A stretch of 64,000 nt of DNA from Candidatus Binatia bacterium. Its GTDB lineage: Bacteria > Desulfobacterota > Binatia > HRBIN30. The position numbers were made by a program, and so were the translations under genes. The stretch covers positions 1,721-65,720 of the forward strand of contig JAKLJW010000008.1 in assembly GCA_023150935.1 (NCBI GenBank). Reading direction: 5' to 3'. Positions 60,572 to 64,000 of this stretch are shown here, in pieces (positions within the stretch are counted from its first letter, which is position 1; every line of letters starts with the position of its first letter). Below the pieces are notes generated by a model that was not told the origin of the DNA, ran no database searches, and saw nothing but the letters and a program-made list of their open reading frames with translations.

Positions 60572-62253
60572 GTGCCTTCGGTATAGATCTCGGAACGACC
60601 AATTCCTCCATCTCGCGCATCGTCGACGGCCGCCCGGTAGCGTTGTCCGTGGACGGCTATCCGCTGCTGCCTTCGGTGGTGCTGTACCGCGACGGCGGCG
60701 TGACGGTCGGGCGCGAGGCTCGCAATCTCGAGCTGCAATGGCCCGAACACACCCTGCGCTCTGTCAAGCGCAAGATGGGGACCGGACACCGCTGGACGGT
60801 GGCCGGACGCGAGGTCGGTCCCGAGGAAGCTTCCGCCGAGATCCTCGCGGCACTGAAGCGCGGCGCCGAGGCGGCCACCGGGGAAACCGTTCGCGATGTT
60901 GTCATTACCGTGCCCGCCTACTTCGATGACGCCCAGCGGCGTGCGACCCTCAAGGCGGGCGAGCTGGCGGGTTTGAACGTCCTGCGCCTCTTGAACGAGC
61001 CGACCGGCGCATCGCTGGTCTACGATCAGGTTCGGCAGACCACGGCCCAGCCGGAGATCGTCATGGTCTACGATCTCGGCGGCGGCACCTTCGATGTGTC
61101 GGTGCTGGAGGTCTTCGAGGGGGTGCGCGAGGTCCGCGCCACGGCCGGCAACACTCACCTGGGCGGTGACGACTTCGACACGGCACTGGTCCGTTTTTTT
61201 GCCGATCGTCTCAAAGCCGAGGCGCACGTAGATCCACTCGGCGACGCGCATGCTCGCGTACGGCTTGCGCGCGTGGCCGAGGCCACGAAGATCCGCCTGT
61301 CGGCCGAAACGGAGGTCGACGTTGCCGAGGAGTTCCTGCTTGCCGACGACAAGGGCAAGCCGGTCCACCTGCGCCTGCAGGTCACGCGCCGTCAGCTCGA
61401 AGAAGCCATCGCGCCGCTGTTGGGGTCCACGATCGATCTGTGCCGGCAGGCGCTTGCCGAGGCGCGGCTCACGGGCGGACAGCAGCTCGCGCGGATTCTG
61501 CTGGTGGGCGGTTCCACACGTCTTCCCATGGTGCGCCGGTTGCTCCGCGAGGCCTTTCCCGATGCGCCCGTACACGAGGAGGTCGATCCCGACCTCGCCG
61601 TAGCGCTTGGCGCGTCGGTCCAGGCCGGGTTGCTGCGCGGAATCGCCCTCGAGCGGATACTCGTCGATGTCACGGCGCATTCGCTCGGCATGTGCGTTCT
61701 GAGCGAAGCCGACGATTTCAGGGAGAAGCCCGACACGTACGCCCCCATCCTGCACCGCAACACCGTGCTTCCCGCAGTGCGCGCCGAGGAGTTCTACACC
61801 CTTTTCGACGATCAGCCCGGGGTGACGGTCGACGTTTACCAGGGCGAGGCGCCCCGGGCCTCGCAGAACAACCACATCGGGTCGTTCCGCTTCCCGCTGC
61901 AGCCGGCGCCCGCGGGCTGCCCGGTGCGGGTAGAGTTCGCATACGATCTCAATGGAGTCGTGCGCGTGAGCATTGCCCAGTCCGGTACGGACAACGCCAA
62001 GACTGTGGCTTTGTCCGTTGCCGACACCGGCGTTCCCGTCAGCTCGGTCGACGCGCTCGAACGCCGGGTGGGCGCCCTGCTCGATCGCATTGCGGGCGAG
62101 GACAAGCCGGCGCTCGAAGCGGCGCTGGCAGCATGGCGCGTGGCACAGGGCGAGAGGCGTCAGGCTGCCGAGGACGCGTTGATCGATCTCTTGCTGTTCC
62201 TCGAAGACGAGGCCGAGGCCGACGGTATCGATGAGGAGGGCGATGGCGTCTGA
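60568..62253 (+). CDS. Hsp70-family ATPase (DnaK-like, short C-terminus)
   Basis: AGGGAGGAAG RBS. GIDLGTTNS, DLGGGTFDVS, and GGSTRLPMV motifs. About 560 aa, lacking the full DnaK lid. Confidence 0.8.
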   Translation: MSAFGIDLGTTNSSISRIVDGRPVALSVDGYPLLPSVVLYRDGGVTVGREARNLELQWPEHTLRSVKRKMGTGHRWTVAGREVGPEEASAEILAALKRGAEAATGETVRDVVITVPAYFDDAQRRATLKAGELAGLNVLRLLNEPTGASLVYDQVRQTTAQPEIVMVYDLGGGTFDVSVLEVFEGVREVRATAGNTHLGGDDFDTALVRFFADRLKAEAHVDPLGDAHARVRLARVAEATKIRLSAETEVDVAEEFLLADDKGKPVHLRLQVTRRQLEEAIAPLLGSTIDLCRQALAEARLTGGQQLARILLVGGSTRLPMVRRLLREAFPDAPVHEEVDPDLAVALGASVQAGLLRGIALERILVDVTAHSLGMCVLSEADDFREKPDTYAPILHRNTVLPAVRAEEFYTLFDDQPGVTVDVYQGEAPRASQNNHIGSFRFPLQPAPAGCPVRVEFAYDLNGVVRVSIAQSGTDNAKTVALSVADTGVPVSSVDALERRVGALLDRIAGEDKPALEAALAAWRVAQGERRQAAEDALIDLLLFLEDEAEADGIDEEGDGV

Positions 62254-64000
62254 TGGGTCGGCATGAGGAAAAACGGCGCAAGCGTGCCGGCGAGGCACTG
62301 ACGCGCGCCTTGCGGCGGGGGGAGGCAGAACCGGCGCTGGCAGCGCTGCTCGATCTGCCTCCGGACGAGCGGTCTGCGCACTCGCGAGCGGTGGGAGATC
62401 TCGTGACGGCGGCGGTAGCGGCCGACTTCCGGGCGCACCGCTGGGACCGGCTCGGATTCTGGGCGGCTCGAATCGAGCGCTGCGGGGGGTGGCTCGACGA
62501 CGAGAGTGGCGAACTGCGCTGGGCATTTTTCTGGGGCAGCGCGCGCACCGGCGCATGGGCTCGGGCGACAGCGCTCGTCGACGGCCTCGCCGGTCGGTTG
62601 CCGGCGGCCCTTGTCGATGCCCTCCGGGGATATGTCGCCGCCGCCGGCACTCCGGCTCCCGAGGGCCTCGATCGATGGGTTCCTCCGGCACTTACGGTGG
62701 CTGAGGCCGCGGACCCGCGCCTGGGGTACGACCGTGGGCAGGTGCCGGTAGCGCCCGCAGGCGAGCCCGAGGCTCCCGTCACGCCCGACGAGGTCGAGGA
62801 GAGAGTGCTGGCGGCGTGGGCTAGCCTCGGCTGGAACCGTTTCACGACCATGACCGGCAGTTGGGCGGCGAGGACACCGGCTCTCGCCCGTCCGATACGG
62901 CTGCTGGCTGCGCAATTGTCGGTTCGTACGCTGCTGGTGCGGGCGCGGGCCGCCGATGCAGGCTGGGAACAGGCGGCGCGGTTCATTGCCGCCGCGTGCG
63001 AGGATCTGAATCGCCCTGAAGAGCTGCGCGAAGCGATGGCATTGGCGGTGCGGGTTTCCCTGCGCGGCGGCAACGGTACGGTCGGTGGGGCGCTGACCGC
63101 CTGCCGGATGGCTAAAGCGGCGCTGGGTTATTCCGATCTTGCCAGCCTGGCGGTAACGGCATTCTGCGACCTGCCGAAAGTGGACCTGCACCGAGAGAAC
63201 GTTGTGACCCCGGACGAGGAGCGCCTCGCGCGCGAGATGCTCGCTCTGGGGCAGCGGTTACTCGAAAGGCATCCGGACCCTCACCTGTTCTGGCACGCCA
63301 TGCGCGTATGGGAGGGAGCGGGCGACGAGCCGAAGGTTCCGGGATGGTTGGGAAATGCCGTATCGACGCTGCTCGCGGACGGGGCGGACCTCGGCGGAGG
63401 ATTGCTGCAGATGGCGCCGGAAGATTGGCCGCGGTGCCTTTTTATCGCTGTGCACGCCCTGCCGCCGCCGATCGTGGAGCAGGTGCTGGAGTGCACGTGG
63501 GAGGCGGGGGGTCCGGCCCTCCGGCCCCACCTGGCGCAAGCGGCCGGATGCCTGATCGAGCGCCTGCGGCCAAAGACGCTCGGCAAAGAGCGGCTCGCCG
63601 AGGAGGCGCGGATCCTGCGCGAGAAGACAGGAATCGCGCTCTCGTTGGACGAGGTGCGGGCCATGTTCGAAAGCGCCGGAGGCCCGCTCCTCGACCTGCT
63701 CGGGGAGCGGACGGAAGGGCCGTTATCCGGGAAGGCGCTGGCGTTCTGGAAGCGCTTCGGCGAGCGTATCCTGCCCTACGACATTCGGCACCTGGAGTAC
63801 GCACTGGAAGTCGGGCCGGATCGGGCCACCCAGGAGACAGCTCTCGACCGCTACCTGGAACGGCGAGCCGATGCGGAGGCGATGCTCGACGAGATCCGCG
63901 CGGCGGATGGCGACGCCTGTGTTCTCGCCGCGGCGGCGATCGAAAGACGACTTCTGGAGCGATACGAGCGCGATCCGGCGGCGCTGGCCGGGGCGTTCCT
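62253..64000 (+). CDS. Hypothetical large helical protein, translationally coupled to the Hsp70 gene (3' end outside window)
   Basis: ATG 62253 shares the A of the Hsp70 TGA (TGATG). The frame is open to the window end (>580 codons). No family recognised. Confidence 0.4.
   Translation, partial: MGRHEEKRRKRAGEALTRALRRGEAEPALAALLDLPPDERSAHSRAVGDLVTAAVAADFRAHRWDRLGFWAARIERCGGWLDDESGELRWAFFWGSARTGAWARATALVDGLAGRLPAALVDALRGYVAAAGTPAPEGLDRWVPPALTVAEAADPRLGYDRGQVPVAPAGEPEAPVTPDEVEERVLAAWASLGWNRFTTMTGSWAARTPALARPIRLLAAQLSVRTLLVRARAADAGWEQAARFIAAACEDLNRPEELREAMALAVRVSLRGGNGTVGGALTACRMAKAALGYSDLASLAVTAFCDLPKVDLHRENVVTPDEERLAREMLALGQRLLERHPDPHLFWHAMRVWEGAGDEPKVPGWLGNAVSTLLADGADLGGGLLQMAPEDWPRCLFIAVHALPPPIVEQVLECTWEAGGPALRPHLAQAAGCLIERLRPKTLGKERLAEEARILREKTGIALSLDEVRAMFESAGGPLLDLLGERTEGPLSGKALAFWKRFGERILPYDIRHLEYALEVGPDRATQETALDRYLERRADAEAMLDEIRAADGDACVLAAAAIERRLLERYERDPAALAGAF

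Noticed and set aside
62286-62350. HPD tripeptide in the protein downstream of Hsp70 (possible J-domain)
   Set aside because: The HPD lies about 340 residues into the protein (…LLERHPDPHLFW…), not in an N-terminal four-helix J-domain context. It is insufficient to call a DnaJ-like domain.

Overview
This is a very GC-rich (roughly 70% by eye) bacterial chromosomal segment. High-GC codon bias creates many spurious overlapping ORFs in the six-frame track, so I treat Arg/Ala/Pro-rich alternative-frame ORFs as artefacts. A Myxococcus-type cysteine-rich repeat (CGNGxxExxExCDDxNxxxGDGCSxxC) in a secreted dehydrogenase, together with the abundance of c-type cytochromes and a tRNA-Sec, suggests a Myxococcota / Anaeromyxobacter-like organism (inference). 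I can support about 55 protein genes, mostly envelope and housekeeping: an MMPL transporter, GT4/GT2/ArnT-like glycosyltransferases, ArnB-like aminotransferase, L,D-transpeptidases, a DUF882 peptidase, proA-nadD-rsfS, a LapB-like protein, cysC, pepF, tkt, an SPFH/NfeD pair, an RND pump with adaptor, a Ca-type P-type ATPase, and a GrpE-like/Hsp70 pair. There is one RNA gene, a selenocysteine tRNA (selC-like, minus strand, about 32310-32403). Two type II toxin-antitoxin pairs are present: hicBA, where hicA has no canonical start, and brnTA. The most notable feature is an approximately 11.5 kb minus-strand cluster (8552-19892). It encodes two >1000-aa beta-propeller/c-type cytochrome proteins, an ApbE flavin transferase, a membrane-anchored pentahaem cytochrome c, and an incomplete, unusually ordered Rnf-type complex (rnfC-rnfG-rnfA/E-rnfD, no rnfB, frame-disrupted A/E subunit). 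Genes are linked by GTGA/ATGA stop-start overlaps. The whole cluster is bracketed by two same-orientation copies of an approximately 100-140 bp repeat (8203-8340 and 19987-20126). Each copy is followed by the identical GC hairpin aacgcgcgc-gga-gcgcgcgtt. The upstream copy carries a nested 358-bp cassette: a truncated DUF559 endonuclease-like gene between near-perfect 48-bp inverted REP-like repeats. No CRISPR array, integrase or transposase was seen. No in-frame TGA (selenoprotein) candidate was found in this window despite the tRNA-Sec.
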